A program made the translations under genes and the position numbers. Positions 8,915-18,750 of a stretch of DNA of 23,775 nt are shown here, one piece after another; position 1 is the stretch's first letter; each line of letters starts with the position of its first letter. The notes beneath the pieces were generated by a model. The model was given only the letters and a program-made list of their open reading frames with translations, was not told the DNA's origin and did not search any database. Source of the DNA: a virus (taxonomy: Duplodnaviria > Heunggongvirae > Uroviricota > Caudoviricetes); IMG/VR virus record IMGVR_UViG_2579779002_000006; one strand, given 5' to 3'.

Positions 8915-11900
8915 ATGCTCTTTCTCATGTTTAGCGCCGCTGAATGCCACCGCCGGAATAACAATCTGCCGGTCAAACGGCTGATCGTCATAAACCCTGA
9001 CGGTAATGGTTCCTGATGGCCACCGCTCCGGTGCACGGGAGTCCCGGGGGAAAGCTTTGCCCACTGTTTTAACGAGATCGCCTTCAATCTGGTTCGCGGA
9101 CAATTTTCCCAGAACCCGACAGTTCTCGTTAATCGTGACGTTGTTGAGCGTCCCGGAGTTCGCATTCACGTTACCGCTGATATCGGCATTTTTCGCCGTC
9201 AGCCGCCCGTCCGGTGTCAGGGAAAATGCCGGAGGATTACCGCCGCTGGTAATGGTGGGAGCCGTCAGATATTTCAGGAACACTTCATTCATAAATATCT
9301 GATCGCCCTGACCAACAAACATCGGCTTTGTGTTGCCATTCGCAGGATTAATCATCGCAATCCTGTCTGCCGCCAGCAGCACCTGACTCTGCATTCCTGC
9401 TGGCGTATTCTCAATACCGGCACCGATACCCGCAATATAAAGGCGTCCGTCCTGCATCTGCTGCAGTTTCACGGCCCACATGCTGTTCAGGTTATTATTT
9501 GTATCAACCTGAACTTTCTGTATCTGCTGGATTGCCGCACTCTGATTTTCCAGTTTTTTATTGACGGTCTGCGTGATTTCATTGCTGACATTCGTAATGG
9601 ACGTCCTGATTTCAGCCAGGTCCGGCGCAAGCTGACCGTTATCAATCTGCGTCCACAGCTCCTGGGCCAGATGTGTTTTCCCGATTTCTCCTTTGAAAAA
9701 ATCCAGGTAACCTTCCGCATCATCGCTCGCCCGACCGACAGCCTCCACGAATGCCGATTTGCCAACAGTATTCACACTGCGGATATAAAAATAATAATCA
9801 TGGCCCGGTTTGATATTGATACTGGCAGCTATCCAGTACAGCGCCGAGCCAAGATAGCGGGCTGCGGTTTCAACCTGCCTGATATCCGCAATCCGCTTTT
9901 CCGAGAACCAGAACTCAAACTGTACCGTCGGGTCATAAACGGCAAGATGTGGCGTTGCGGTTATCTGAAAATAGCCCGGCGTCAGCTCAATCCGCGACGG
10001 TGCTGCCGGTGCGGCAATCCGGAAGGTGGTGGTGGCAGGTTCACCCTGCTGGCCATAGCTGTTTATCGCCCGCACCGTCAGGGTGTATTCCCCGAGCGGC
10101 AGGCCGCTGAAACGGTGCTCCGTGTCTGCGGTGATGGCGGTGGTCACCAGTCTGGCATCCGTTCCCTTACCACTGGTCAGGCGCAGACTGAAGCGCACAC
10201 CCTTCACCACCCGCGGCGTGTCCCATTTCGCCTGCGCCAGATACTGGCCGTCAGCTGCGCTCACCTCCACCGTCAGGTGCTGCACTGCCGGTGGGATGAC
10301 GCTGTTCAGGGAACCTGACTGCGGCTCAAAGCGGGCACCGTTATCCACGATGGCTTCTTTTTCCGGTACGTGCTGCACCGCCGTGATGGCAAAGGTGCCG
10401 TCCGTGTTTTCCCGGATGGAGACACAGCGGAACAGGCGACGGCGCAGTGACGGCAGGGAGAGTCCCCACACCCCGTATGTCTCCACACCATCAGGCAGGG
10501 TACTGACCTGTATCCGGTCCGGCGCGGGGTGTGCGGTGATGTCCACACTCACCGGCTTACCGCTGCCGTTAATCAGGTTCACCGCCGATGTACCTGTCTC
10601 CGGCAGGGTAACCTCACGGTCCAGCGTCAGGGTGCGGGTGGCAGCATAAATGGACAGGACACGTCCGCCGGTCAGGGTCCCGGCATAGTCATTATCACAG
10701 ATTTCAATAATGTCACCGGGTGTGTGCCGCAGCCCCTGAGACCCGAGCGTGAAATCCACCGTCTGCGTTTCCAGCAGTTCGGTCTTTATCACCCACAGTC
10801 CGGCACGGTGGGCCTGACCGCGGCTGGTACAGCCGAACGCGTCCATCTTCAGCAGGTTGCGTCCGTAGCGCAGTATGGCTTCCGGGTCTTCCACCAGTTC
10901 CGTGGAGGTCTGCCAGCCGTTCTGCGGGTCGGTGTAATTCACCTCCACCGCCGTGTGCCGGTCCTTCAGGGCACTGAAGCTGTAGCGGAATCCCACGCCG
11001 TTATCATCCACCACCACATCGCTGTTGGTGTACGGCCACACCACATCCGACGGGCGGTCCTGAACGAACGTCAGCGTCTGACCGTTCCATACCGGCATAC
11101 AGCGCATCGCAGAGCAGAAATCACTGAGAACGTCCCACGCCTTACGCTGTTGTGCCAGGTACGCATTAAAGGTCATCCGCGGCTCGGTCCCCCCGAAACC
11201 ATCCGGGACCGTCTGGTCGCAGTACTGCCCGATGGCATACAGCGCCCACTTGTCCACATCCGCCGCCCCCAGACGTTTTCCCATGCCGTAGCGCGGGTGA
11301 GTCAGCATGTCCCACAGGCACCAGGCCGGGTTGTTGCTGTATGCCGGTTTCAGACTGCCGTCCCAGATACCACTGTACGTGCGTTTTTCCGGGTCATAGT
11401 TTGACGGCACCTGGATGATGCGACCGCGGATATGGTAGTTCACCGTCATCTGCTGGCCGCCGAACTGCTCCGCATCCACCTGCAGCCCCACAATGGCCGT
11501 GTTCGGGTAGCACTGTTTCACATCGATGATTTCGGTGTATGACGACCACAGCGTCTTATTCTGCAGCTGGTCCGTGGTGCTGTCCGCCGTCTCCCTGACC
11601 ATCCGGATGTTAAAGGGCCGGGGAGGCAGATTATCCAGAATCACCGAGGCCAGGAACTGTGAGGTGGTCTTGCCGTTAATGGTGACGTCCTTTTCCGTCA
11701 CCCAGCGGCCATTACGCTGTAACTGAATCAGAATCCGGACAGAGGAAGGATTACGGTCGCCCTTTGACGTGGTCTGCACCAGTGACTGCACCCCGAAGGT
11801 AACCCGCAGGCGGTCAATGTTCGCGGACGTAATGGTGCGCGTCACCGGTTTTGCCTTCGTCACTTCCACGCCCAGTCCGGTTTCAGCTCCGGAGGACTCA

Positions 11901-12142
11901 AAGCCTTCCGGTGGTGTCTGCTCCTGCTCCCCGGCGCGCCAGACCGCCGTCACACCGTGTATCACGGGATTGCCGTCCGTGTCCGTCAGTGGGGTTTTGT
12001 TCACCAGAATACTCTGCAGTCCCTTCACCGGACCTTCTATCGGTCCCTCACCAATCGCATCAATCACACTCATCATCTGCGTGGATTTGAGATTATCCTT
12101 CGCCTCACGAGGCGTGTGTGCCTTACCGCCACCTTTTCCCAT
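8864..12142 (-). CDS. J: Tail tip / host specificity protein J, N-terminal 1092-aa reading frame (frame lost near 8903-8912)
   Basis: [22 protein letters not shown]... collinear with lambda J over more than 1000 aa; the last ~16 codons ([16 protein letters not shown]) do not match lambda. Confidence 0.9.
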   Translation of the reverse strand: MGKGGGKAHTPREAKDNLKSTQMMSVIDAIGEGPIEGPVKGLQSILVNKTPLTDTDGNPVIHGVTAVWRAGEQEQTPPEGFESSGAETGLGVEVTKAKPVTRTITSANIDRLRVTFGVQSLVQTTSKGDRNPSSVRILIQLQRNGRWVTEKDVTINGKTTSQFLASVILDNLPPRPFNIRMVRETADSTTDQLQNKTLWSSYTEIIDVKQCYPNTAIVGLQVDAEQFGGQQMTVNYHIRGRIIQVPSNYDPEKRTYSGIWDGSLKPAYSNNPAWCLWDMLTHPRYGMGKRLGAADVDKWALYAIGQYCDQTVPDGFGGTEPRMTFNAYLAQQRKAWDVLSDFCSAMRCMPVWNGQTLTFVQDRPSDVVWPYTNSDVVVDDNGVGFRYSFSALKDRHTAVEVNYTDPQNGWQTSTELVEDPEAILRYGRNLLKMDAFGCTSRGQAHRAGLWVIKTELLETQTVDFTLGSQGLRHTPGDIIEICDNDYAGTLTGGRVLSIYAATRTLTLDREVTLPETGTSAVNLINGSGKPVSVDITAHPAPDRIQVSTLPDGVETYGVWGLSLPSLRRRLFRCVSIRENTDGTFAITAVQHVPEKEAIVDNGARFEPQSGSLNSVIPPAVQHLTVEVSAADGQYLAQAKWDTPRVVKGVRFSLRLTSGKGTDARLVTTAITADTEHRFSGLPLGEYTLTVRAINSYGQQGEPATTTFRIAAPAAPSRIELTPGYFQITATPHLAVYDPTVQFEFWFSEKRIADIRQVETAARYLGSALYWIAASINIKPGHDYYFYIRSVNTVGKSAFVEAVGRASDDAEGYLDFFKGEIGKTHLAQELWTQIDNGQLAPDLAEIRTSITNVSNEITQTVNKKLENQSAAIQQIQKVQVDTNNNLNSMWAVKLQQMQDGRLYIAGIGAGIENTPAGMQSQVLLAADRIAMINPANGNTKPMFVGQGDQIFMNEVFLKYLTAPTITSGGNPPAFSLTPDGRLTAKNADISGNVNANSGTLNNVTINENCRVLGKLSANQIEGDLVKTVGKAFPRDSRAPERWPSGTITVRVYDDQPFDRQIVIPAVAFSGAKHEKEHTDIFLLMPSDSAEKRC

Positions 12143-12248
12143 ACAGCCTTCCCCTGAATAAATTAACCGCCACTTGCCATTCCGTACAGAAGTCGGATAT
12201 CCTTCGCCCGAAAAGCATGAAACACATTTCTGCCATGCTAAAGAGAAA

Positions 12249-12280
12249 CCCCGGTATCAGCAGATACCGGGGTTTTCTTT
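12249..12280. terminator. Strong bidirectional hairpin (9-bp stem CCCCGGTAT/ATACCGGGG, 6-nt loop) with T-rich flanks, in the I-J spacer
   Basis: + strand: AAACCCCGGTATCAGCAGATACCGGGGTTTTCTTT; the - strand has TTTCTCTTT after the stem. Confidence 0.5.
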
Positions 12281-12484
12281 CATGCCCACCGATAATCCTG
12301 TTGGTTAAAACCGGTAATGGCATAAAAATTCTGAATATCTTCACATTTTCACACACTGACTGTGGCGCTTATAATTTCGCTGCGTTAGTGTTTTTTTGCC
12401 CGAGTAACAAAAACAACTCCTTAACATTGATCTTCATTTGTCTGTCCCCACAGCTCCGCGATCACTGCGGGATTTTTTTATGTT

Positions 12485-13165
12485 TTATCCCTGTCGCCCG
12501 ATAACCACGACCGTTCCGCCCCCGCCTTCATCACGGGTGCTGATGTCCTGGGATATACGGCGGGAGCCAACCAGCATTTCCCCGTAAGGCACCGGCATCG
12601 GGTTCCCCTGGGCAATCATGTTATCCAGCGAGGAAAAGTACGTGTTCTGTTTACCGTTATCCGTGCTTTTGTACTCCGGTGTTTTTGCCTTCGGGGCCAG
12701 CATCTGGGCCACACCGCCCAGTATCATGCTGGCCCCCAGTGAAAACAGCATCGTGGTGGCAGAAAAACCGCCGGCTGCCAGGGCTGTACCCCATAACGCC
12801 ATCGAGCCTCCGGCAGTGAAGAAAGAGCCCACGATGGCTGCCGCCCCCAGTACAATCTGCAGTCCACCCTTTCCGGCCCCGGCCAGTCGCGGCACAATGT
12901 GGATGACCGTTCCCTCACCCAGCTGTTCGTGAAGACGGGCATACACCGCCTCCGGTGCCGTGTCATCACCGGCAATACGTATCTGGTACCAGCCTTCGTT
13001 CATCTGACGGCGAAAGCCCGGCATCTGCATCGACAGGGCGCGAATGGCTTCCGCTGCCGTGTTCACATACAGGCTGAGGCGGCGGCCAAATCGTTGCAAA
13101 TCCCCGTGAAGGCAGATGCGTGCCAGTGGCGGTGACGCCAGACAGAATGCGTTCGTCGTTGCCAT
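12485..13165 (-). CDS. I: Tail assembly protein I
   Basis: 226 aa; ...RICLHGDLQRFGRR...IVLGAAAIVGSFFTAGG...KQNTYFSSLDNM... matches lambda gpI; 5' end overlaps K by ~100 nt, as in lambda. Confidence 0.9.
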   Translation of the reverse strand: MATTNAFCLASPPLARICLHGDLQRFGRRLSLYVNTAAEAIRALSMQMPGFRRQMNEGWYQIRIAGDDTAPEAVYARLHEQLGEGTVIHIVPRLAGAGKGGLQIVLGAAAIVGSFFTAGGSMALWGTALAAGGFSATTMLFSLGASMILGGVAQMLAPKAKTPEYKSTDNGKQNTYFSSLDNMIAQGNPMPVPYGEMLVGSRRISQDISTRDEGGGGTVVVIGRQG

Positions 13166-13806
13166 TTTTCGGAATACCTCTCCCGTTTACTCAGTTGTTC
13201 AGGCAGATGGTGAAGCAGCTCACCGTTGCCGCAGTAAATGGCGGCATGGTTCGGTACCGAAGCACCAAAGCAGCACAGCAGAATATCGCCCGCCTGTGCA
13301 GAGGACAGGGGCACCCGGTAAAAGCCGGTGACCGCCATATTGTCCAGGTAAAGGTTCTGACCGTTGCGCCACCAGTCATCCTCGCGATGAAAATCCGGCA
13401 TTTCAGTCCCCGCCAGATGATAAGCATCCCGGAACAGCGTGTAACAGTCCGTCACCCCGTGCTCAAAGCGCCGTCCTGTCAGATGTGGCACACAGCGGAA
13501 TTTGTGAATGTCACCCCGGCAGACCAGCCACCAGGGCAGTGCGCTTTTTATCTGCAGCCGCCGGTCAGCCTCGCTCAGCCAGGGCAGCCCACCGGGATGA
13601 CTGTGGACCAGTGCCACAATCTCCCCCTGCATCTCTGCCCGCAGCCAGTCTTCCGGTGCGATACGAAAATACGCCTCCGGCTCTGCGGAAATATTCACAC
13701 AAGGGATATACCGCTCCCCCTCCGGCGTGCTTATCACGAAGCCGCACGACTCCGCAGGCGCACACCGCCGGGCATGTGCCAGAATCGCTGATTCAGTCTG
13801 TGTCAT
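13063..13806 (-). CDS. K: Tail assembly protein K (JAB/MPN plus NlpC/P60-like)
   Basis: Internal Met of ORF 13063..14067 (MTQTESAILAHARRCAPAESCGFV...), matching the lambda gpK N-terminus; JAMM motif HSHPGG...SEAD present. Confidence 0.9.
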   Translation of the reverse strand: MTQTESAILAHARRCAPAESCGFVISTPEGERYIPCVNISAEPEAYFRIAPEDWLRAEMQGEIVALVHSHPGGLPWLSEADRRLQIKSALPWWLVCRGDIHKFRCVPHLTGRRFEHGVTDCYTLFRDAYHLAGTEMPDFHREDDWWRNGQNLYLDNMAVTGFYRVPLSSAQAGDILLCCFGASVPNHAAIYCGNGELLHHLPEQLSKRERYSEKWQRRTHSVWRHRHWHASAFTGICNDLAAASACM

Positions 13807-13816
13807 AAACCGGGAT

Positions 13817-14515
13817 TTACTGCGAAAGTTTATTAATGGAAAGGAAACCGCCAAAATTGCCGACATTCCTGCGCAGTTCACACCCGCGCATGCACTTGCT
13901 GCATCTGTCCTTACGGATATCCGTGGTGGGGTTGTCGAACTCATCCGCCACCGCAGGACCGTTATACCCGCATTCATCTCCCCGGTAATCCCACATACAG
14001 GTGTTCGCCAGCATGATGCGACCGGGAAACAGCGCCCCGTCCGTCTCGGTCGGTGTGGCCAGCACAAACGAGGCCGTCATGGCTGTCAGCTGCGACATCT
14101 GCTCCACCACCCAGCGGTCACTCAGCTCCTGCTCCGGGTCCGCCGACGGATTGCCCGCAACGAAATTCACCGCATCCAGAAAACGGGCATACACCCGGCG
14201 GCGGACCACCGTGGCCCCCACCAGACTCTGCAGGTCCTCCGCCATCCCGATGACAAGGCCAAACAGATTGGACACCGTCAGCGACGGGCGGGCACTGCTG
14301 CCCCGGCCGTTCATCTCAAAGCCGCTGCCGTCAATCGGGTATGCCTCATACTTACGCCCCTGCCAGGTGACCGGCTCCCCTTTTTCATTCAGCTCATTAC
14401 AGAAAAAATACCGCTCACCGCCCTGTACCATCAGGTCGATTTCCCAGAGTACCACCCGCGGTGACTGCTCTGATTTAACCGACTCGTTCAGACTTTCTTC
14501 GTGAATATCCTGCAT
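13817..14515 (-). CDS. L: Minor tail protein L
   Basis: 232 aa, MQDIHEESLNE...VVLWEIDL...GERYFFCNE...NVGNFGGFLSINKLSQ; same length as, and near-collinear with, lambda gpL. Confidence 0.92.
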   Translation of the reverse strand: MQDIHEESLNESVKSEQSPRVVLWEIDLMVQGGERYFFCNELNEKGEPVTWQGRKYEAYPIDGSGFEMNGRGSSARPSLTVSNLFGLVIGMAEDLQSLVGATVVRRRVYARFLDAVNFVAGNPSADPEQELSDRWVVEQMSQLTAMTASFVLATPTETDGALFPGRIMLANTCMWDYRGDECGYNGPAVADEFDNPTTDIRKDRCSKCMRGCELRRNVGNFGGFLSINKLSQ

Positions 14516-14856
14516 CAGTTCACCACCTGCTCAATCGTACAACTGAAATCACTGTACCTGGCGTTATCTGTGACGCTCCACTCCCGGCATACCACCCTCA
14601 CCGTCCGGTTATGTTTCGGCGGTCGCCACAAAAAGGCACGGTAACCACCATGCCACGATAAAAACTCTTCCAGCCATCGCCGGGTCGCCTCATCCGTCAC
14701 CCGGAACACCGCCTGAAACGTCTTCAGTCGGGCATTAAGTCCCGTCGGGCGGCGCTGTTCATAACCGTCACCAAACCGTACCCTCGCCACCGACGGTTTC
14801 TCACTCACCTGCATCCCTTCACGCGGGACCAGATGCAGCGTTTTTATCTCAGCCAC
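14515..14856 (-). CDS. M: Minor tail protein M
   Basis: 113 aa; ...VRFGDGYEQRRPTGLNA...FLWRPP...EQVVN resembles lambda gpM; stop overlaps the L start. Confidence 0.9.
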   Translation of the reverse strand: MAEIKTLHLVPREGMQVSEKPSVARVRFGDGYEQRRPTGLNARLKTFQAVFRVTDEATRRWLEEFLSWHGGYRAFLWRPPKHNRTVRVVCREWSVTDNARYSDFSCTIEQVVN

Positions 14857-15943
14857 TCAGCATTCCTCCGTCACGTCGCATGGACAGCATCACCGCCTGC
14901 ACCCGCTGGTCAATCAGTTGCACAAGGCTGCCCGCAGCTTCCGGCCCTATCTGGCCATTAGTCCCGTCATTCTGAATGGCGATATGGTAGACCGGGGAAT
15001 ACACCAGACCTGCACTGCCGTTCATACTGCCCACCGCTCGCACACCCAGCGAGCCATCCGCCGCCCGGGTCAGGGGCATAATGGCTTCAGGACCGGCCTC
15101 CCCCATCAGTCCCGCCCCTTTTGCAAAGGCAAAGTACGTGGGCGTATCCACAATACTGTTGCTGTACGCACTCAGGTTTGCCGAGGTATACACCCCGCCT
15201 TTTGCATTGGCCACCGCACCGCCCAGCCAGCTACCAATACTGCCGATAAATCCTCCCGCTCCGGACATACTGTTTGCCGCCGTCTTGATCCCGTTGACAA
15301 TCGCGGCATTCATAAGAACTTTTGATATTTCCTGCAGCACTGATGAGGCCCAGCTGCGCCATTCCACTTTATTTCCGTTCAGCATCTCCGTGATGTTATT
15401 CACCATCCCTGAGATACCCTCCGTCGCCAGCTGTGCTGCCTGTGAGGCGTAATCGGACGCATTATCCACCCAGTTACTGAATCCCTCCTGCAGCCCTTTC
15501 TGCCAGTCCGCACGCTGCACATCCGATTCGGCATAAAAGGCTTCCTGCTCTTTCAGACGTTCACTCAGATACTGCGCGTTCTGTGCCAGAGCCTGTCTGT
15601 AAAAATCCTCACTGATATCCCCGGTCTGATACTGAGACTGAAGGTCCGCATCCTTCTGGCGGAAACTGTCGCGGATCTGCTGCAACTCCCGCATGCGTTC
15701 ACGGAGCCGCTCTCCCTGCCCGTACCCCAGCAGTTCCGCTTCATTTGATGCACGCGCAGCCACATTATCATTCTTCAGGGTCTCTTCCCGGGACCGCAAC
15801 TGCTCCCGGATTTTTTGCTGGTCAATCAGGGCCGCATTGCGCAGCAGTTCCTGCTTCTGCATCTCCGTCAGGGTTTTCAGTTCGCCCTGCGCAGTCTGGT
15901 ATTTCAGCTTCGCCAGCTCTGTATTCTGCCCCGGGATTTGGGT
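14849..15943 (-). CDS. H: Tail tape measure protein, C-terminal segment in a shifted frame (open from about 15943; listed ORF begins at internal Met 15862)
   Basis: C-terminus ...HIAIQNDGTNGQIGPEAAGSLVQLIDQRVQAVMLSMRRDGGMLSG resembles the lambda gpH C-terminus (...NNDGTNGQIGPAALKAVYDMARK...MRDGGLFSG); the two frames overlap over ~15907-15943. Confidence 0.8.
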   Translation of the reverse strand, partial: TQIPGQNTELAKLKYQTAQGELKTLTEMQKQELLRNAALIDQQKIREQLRSREETLKNDNVAARASNEAELLGYGQGERLRERMRELQQIRDSFRQKDADLQSQYQTGDISEDFYRQALAQNAQYLSERLKEQEAFYAESDVQRADWQKGLQEGFSNWVDNASDYASQAAQLATEGISGMVNNITEMLNGNKVEWRSWASSVLQEISKVLMNAAIVNGIKTAANSMSGAGGFIGSIGSWLGGAVANAKGGVYTSANLSAYSNSIVDTPTYFAFAKGAGLMGEAGPEAIMPLTRAADGSLGVRAVGSMNGSAGLVYSPVYHIAIQNDGTNGQIGPEAAGSLVQLIDQRVQAVMLSMRRDGGMLSG

Positions 15944-18009
15944 TTATTCGCCTCGTTATTGCGCCAGGCTTCCAGGGCATTACTGATATAACGTTGTCTC
16001 GCCTCCTGATACGGTTCACCCACAAAACCGAGGTCATCCGCCGCATACCCCAGCCGGACACGCTCTTTTTCTTCCCCTTTCAGTCTGGACAGGGCCAGCT
16101 CACGCTCTGTTTTTGTCAGGGCACTCTGCTGTTTATCATCCAGAGTGGCCTGTGGCAGCCGTAACGGCACATTCACCAGTCCCTGCCGCTGCTGAAGCAG
16201 TTCATTACCCAGCCCCAGCAGACGGTTGAATTCCGTATGCTGACCGTTCATAACCAGCATGGACTGGTACACCTTATTCTGCTCTGCCGCCTGCTGACGA
16301 ATTAACGCCACACGACGGTCTTCCAGCCCGGCAAGCACATCCTGAATGGACTGCGCTTTTTCCTGCATCTGTGCCAGACGGGACTGCTCAACGGCAAGCT
16401 GCTCTGTTGCCTGAGAAAGCCCTTCCGTCACGGTCTTCACCGATGTCAGATGGTTTATCATGAATCCGTCACCGGTTGTCCAGCCAGGGTTAGCCAGAAC
16501 ATACTGATATCCAGCGATTTTTTCCTGCAGGGATTTCACCCGGCTGGCCTGTTCATCAATCAGCCGGTTCTGCTCTGCCAGCGCCGCCCGTGTTCGTCCT
16601 TCATTATCTGAGGCTTCAGGCAAAGACATTGACGGCGTTTTATGCGCGATTTCATCTATCGTCAGTGCATACTGGCGCGCTGACTCCCTGGCCTGCTCCT
16701 GATTCTGGTACAGCGTATACCATGCTGCTGCCCCCAGCATCACCAGTCCGGGTACGCCACCAACCAGTCCCAACGCACCAGTCATCAGACGTGAGCCCAC
16801 CGCCGTTGTACTGTTCAGCGCATTCTGGGCTGCGGTTCTGGCAGCAATATTTCTGTTCAGGCGTTCCTGTGTGGCCGCCAGACGGGCTTCTGCAGCAATC
16901 TGCATCTCCGTCCCGCGGGCTGCCGCCACAGCCTGCTGTGCACGGTACACGGCTGCCCTTGCCCGCGCCGTGGCAATCTGCGTCCCCCTGAGCTGTGCTT
17001 CCGCCAGTGCCACTTCATTACGTGCTGCCGTCACAAGTCCTGCCGTGGCAGACACCGCTCCGGAGGCCATATTGCCAAAGTACCGGGCAACCCCGACGGC
17101 AACCAGCGCCCCCGCGGCTGTTGCCACATTATCAATATTACCGGCAACACCGTTCAGCACGCCGGAGAGCGTTTTCGTCGCTCCGCTGGCTTCATTCGCG
17201 CCACCCACCCAGGCCATAAAGGCGTTTTCCACCTTTGTGATCCCGTCAGAGACCGTTTCCGGCATGGCGGCATATTCATCACGCAATACCCCCAGCTGGC
17301 TGATTAACGCAGGAACGACTTTATCCGCCGTCAGTTTGCCGTCGTCCGCCATCGCCTTAAGGTCTTTACGGGCCACGCCCATACCCGCAGCCAGTGCACG
17401 TACGATCCGGTCTCCGCTTTCATTGACCGAATTAAATTCCTCACCGCGTAACACACCCTGTGCCAGCGCCTGGCTGAACTGGGTGATCACCGAGCCCGCC
17501 TCTGCCGTACTGGCACCGGAGATTTTCAGCCCCGTGGAAATGGCCTCCGTCACCTTCAGCACATCATCAGCACTGTAACCATATTCACGCATTGAGGCTG
17601 CCGAGCGGGCAAACAGGGCCGCATTATCTGAAAATGCCGTGCCCGTCCGCTGGCTGATATCCATCAGCACTTTCTGTGATGACGAAAATTCATCGGATGA
17701 CTGCGACGCCTGTTTCAGTCGGGCATTCACGGAACTCCATTCATCGGCCAGAGAAATCAGGTGTCCGGTGGCAAAGGCCCCTGCAAATGCCCCCGCCGTT
17801 CCGGCAGCTGAAGCGCGGATTTCCGTCAACTGGCTGTTCAGCTCAGCCAGGGCGCGTCGCTGCTCCCGGGCGACTGCGGCAGCCTGACGCCCGCCATTCT
17901 GCAGGGTCCGGTAATATTCACTGCCCATGCGGGAAGCCCGCTGGATCTCCGACTGGAATGACTGCGAATTTGCCGAAATTTTGATAATCAGTTCACGTAA
18001 CGTCGCCAT
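15904..18009 (-). CDS. H: Tail tape measure protein, N-terminal 701-aa reading frame
   Basis: Long helical, Ala/Gln-rich ORF at the tape-measure position (after G/T, before M); GGAG-type RBS before the ATG; frame stops at 15904. Confidence 0.85.
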   Translation of the reverse strand: MATLRELIIKISANSQSFQSEIQRASRMGSEYYRTLQNGGRQAAAVAREQRRALAELNSQLTEIRASAAGTAGAFAGAFATGHLISLADEWSSVNARLKQASQSSDEFSSSQKVLMDISQRTGTAFSDNAALFARSAASMREYGYSADDVLKVTEAISTGLKISGASTAEAGSVITQFSQALAQGVLRGEEFNSVNESGDRIVRALAAGMGVARKDLKAMADDGKLTADKVVPALISQLGVLRDEYAAMPETVSDGITKVENAFMAWVGGANEASGATKTLSGVLNGVAGNIDNVATAAGALVAVGVARYFGNMASGAVSATAGLVTAARNEVALAEAQLRGTQIATARARAAVYRAQQAVAAARGTEMQIAAEARLAATQERLNRNIAARTAAQNALNSTTAVGSRLMTGALGLVGGVPGLVMLGAAAWYTLYQNQEQARESARQYALTIDEIAHKTPSMSLPEASDNEGRTRAALAEQNRLIDEQASRVKSLQEKIAGYQYVLANPGWTTGDGFMINHLTSVKTVTEGLSQATEQLAVEQSRLAQMQEKAQSIQDVLAGLEDRRVALIRQQAAEQNKVYQSMLVMNGQHTEFNRLLGLGNELLQQRQGLVNVPLRLPQATLDDKQQSALTKTERELALSRLKGEEKERVRLGYAADDLGFVGEPYQEARQRYISNALEAWRNNEANKPKSRGRIQSWRS

Positions 18010-18026
18010 TCACCTTTCTCCGGGCG

Positions 18027-18048
18027 TAAAAAAACCGCCTCAGCGGTT
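18027..18048 (-). terminator. Hairpin plus T-run between T stop and the tape-measure RBS (attenuator or terminator-like)
   Basis: On the - strand: AACCGCTGAGGCGGTT followed by TTTTT, then GGAGAAAGGTGA-ATG. Confidence 0.35.
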
Positions 18049-18056
18049 CTCATCAT

Positions 18057-18371
18057 TCATGACTGTGCTGCAAAGCTCAGCGCGTCTTCCAGCGCCGCAA
18101 ACGGATCCACCTCCGGCTTATCCTCATCCTCGCCCCAGCAGAGCATGGCGTCCTTCAGTGCAACATTCATCCCCTGTGCCCCAAAAACCGCTTTCACGAT
18201 CTGTGCATTACGGATATCCCCGCGCTCATCACCCAGCGGGGATACCCTGTCGAACTCCATCCACATCATCGCCTCGCTCACACTCAGGCTGTGCCGCAGT
18301 TCGGATAAGGTGCGCCCCAGACGGAGCGCAAGTCGCATCAGAAAGCGAATTTCCGGGCGGGCTACTTTTTT
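18057..18371 (-). CDS. T: Tail assembly chaperone frameshift extension (gpT analogue; expressed as a G-T fusion by -1 frameshifting)
   Basis: The -1 frame is open from the slippery site through ORF 18057..18338 (...KKVARPEIRFLMRLALRLGRT...); no independent RBS. Confidence 0.7.
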   Translation of the reverse strand, partial: KKVARPEIRFLMRLALRLGRTLSELRHSLSVSEAMMWMEFDRVSPLGDERGDIRNAQIVKAVFGAQGMNVALKDAMLCWGEDEDKPEVDPFAALEDALSFAAQS

Positions 18372-18736
18372 CTGGCCGACTCTGCATCAGCGATCAGTTC
18401 CAGTGCCTGACGCAGCAACCGGGCATGTACCGGACCATAGACGGCCAGCACCTGCTCACGGTCGTCCGGAGCGAACACCCGCTGCAGATCCGTATCACAC
18501 AGGACATCGCAGAACAGCGTCACATCCGCTTCCAGGTTACGGCGGGTTTTCGCCACCACCGACAGGGTATCGTCATCCTCTCCATCACCATTGAGCACTT
18601 CCTGCCACAGATACCAGGCCTCTGCCGAAGGCTCCCGCAGCACCACGCTGACATTACCCCATTCCGGCACCTTCACCGTTTTATGACGAAACCCTGACAG
18701 TCTGGCCAGCGCCAGCGTTTTCAGATCCTTTTTCAT
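18362..18736 (-). CDS. G: Tail assembly chaperone (gpG analogue)
   Basis: ORF 18362..18784; I prefer the internal start MKKDLKTLALARLSGF... at 18736 because the 18784 start would overlap V by 34 nt. Acidic small protein immediately after the major tail gene; ends ...ARKK at the slippery site. Confidence 0.75.
   Translation of the reverse strand: MKKDLKTLALARLSGFRHKTVKVPEWGNVSVVLREPSAEAWYLWQEVLNGDGEDDDTLSVVAKTRRNLEADVTLFCDVLCDTDLQRVFAPDDREQVLAVYGPVHARLLRQALELIADAESARKK
18365..18371 (-). promoter_or_regulatory. Programmed -1 ribosomal frameshift heptamer A_AAA_AAG at the 3' end of G
   Basis: - strand reads GCC AGA AAA AAG TAG; the heptamer A AAA AAG is the same slippery sequence used by E. 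coli dnaX; the -1 frame continues into T. Confidence 0.6.
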
Positions 18737-18750
18737 GATGACCCATCCAC

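Noticed and set aside
9671-11404. + strand ORFs 9671..10318 and 10529..11404 antisense to J
   Set aside because: They sit inside a gene with strong lambda J homology on the opposite strand; Arg/His-rich translations typical of antisense frames.
12118-12504. 128-aa + strand ORF and 77-aa - strand ORF spanning the I-J spacer
   Set aside because: Both run through the strong hairpin and lack an RBS; the region is better explained as non-coding.
16590-18697. + strand ORFs 16871..17578, 17927..18697 and others antisense to the tape measure and G/T genes
   Set aside because: Embedded in well-supported - strand structural genes; no start context; low-complexity translations.
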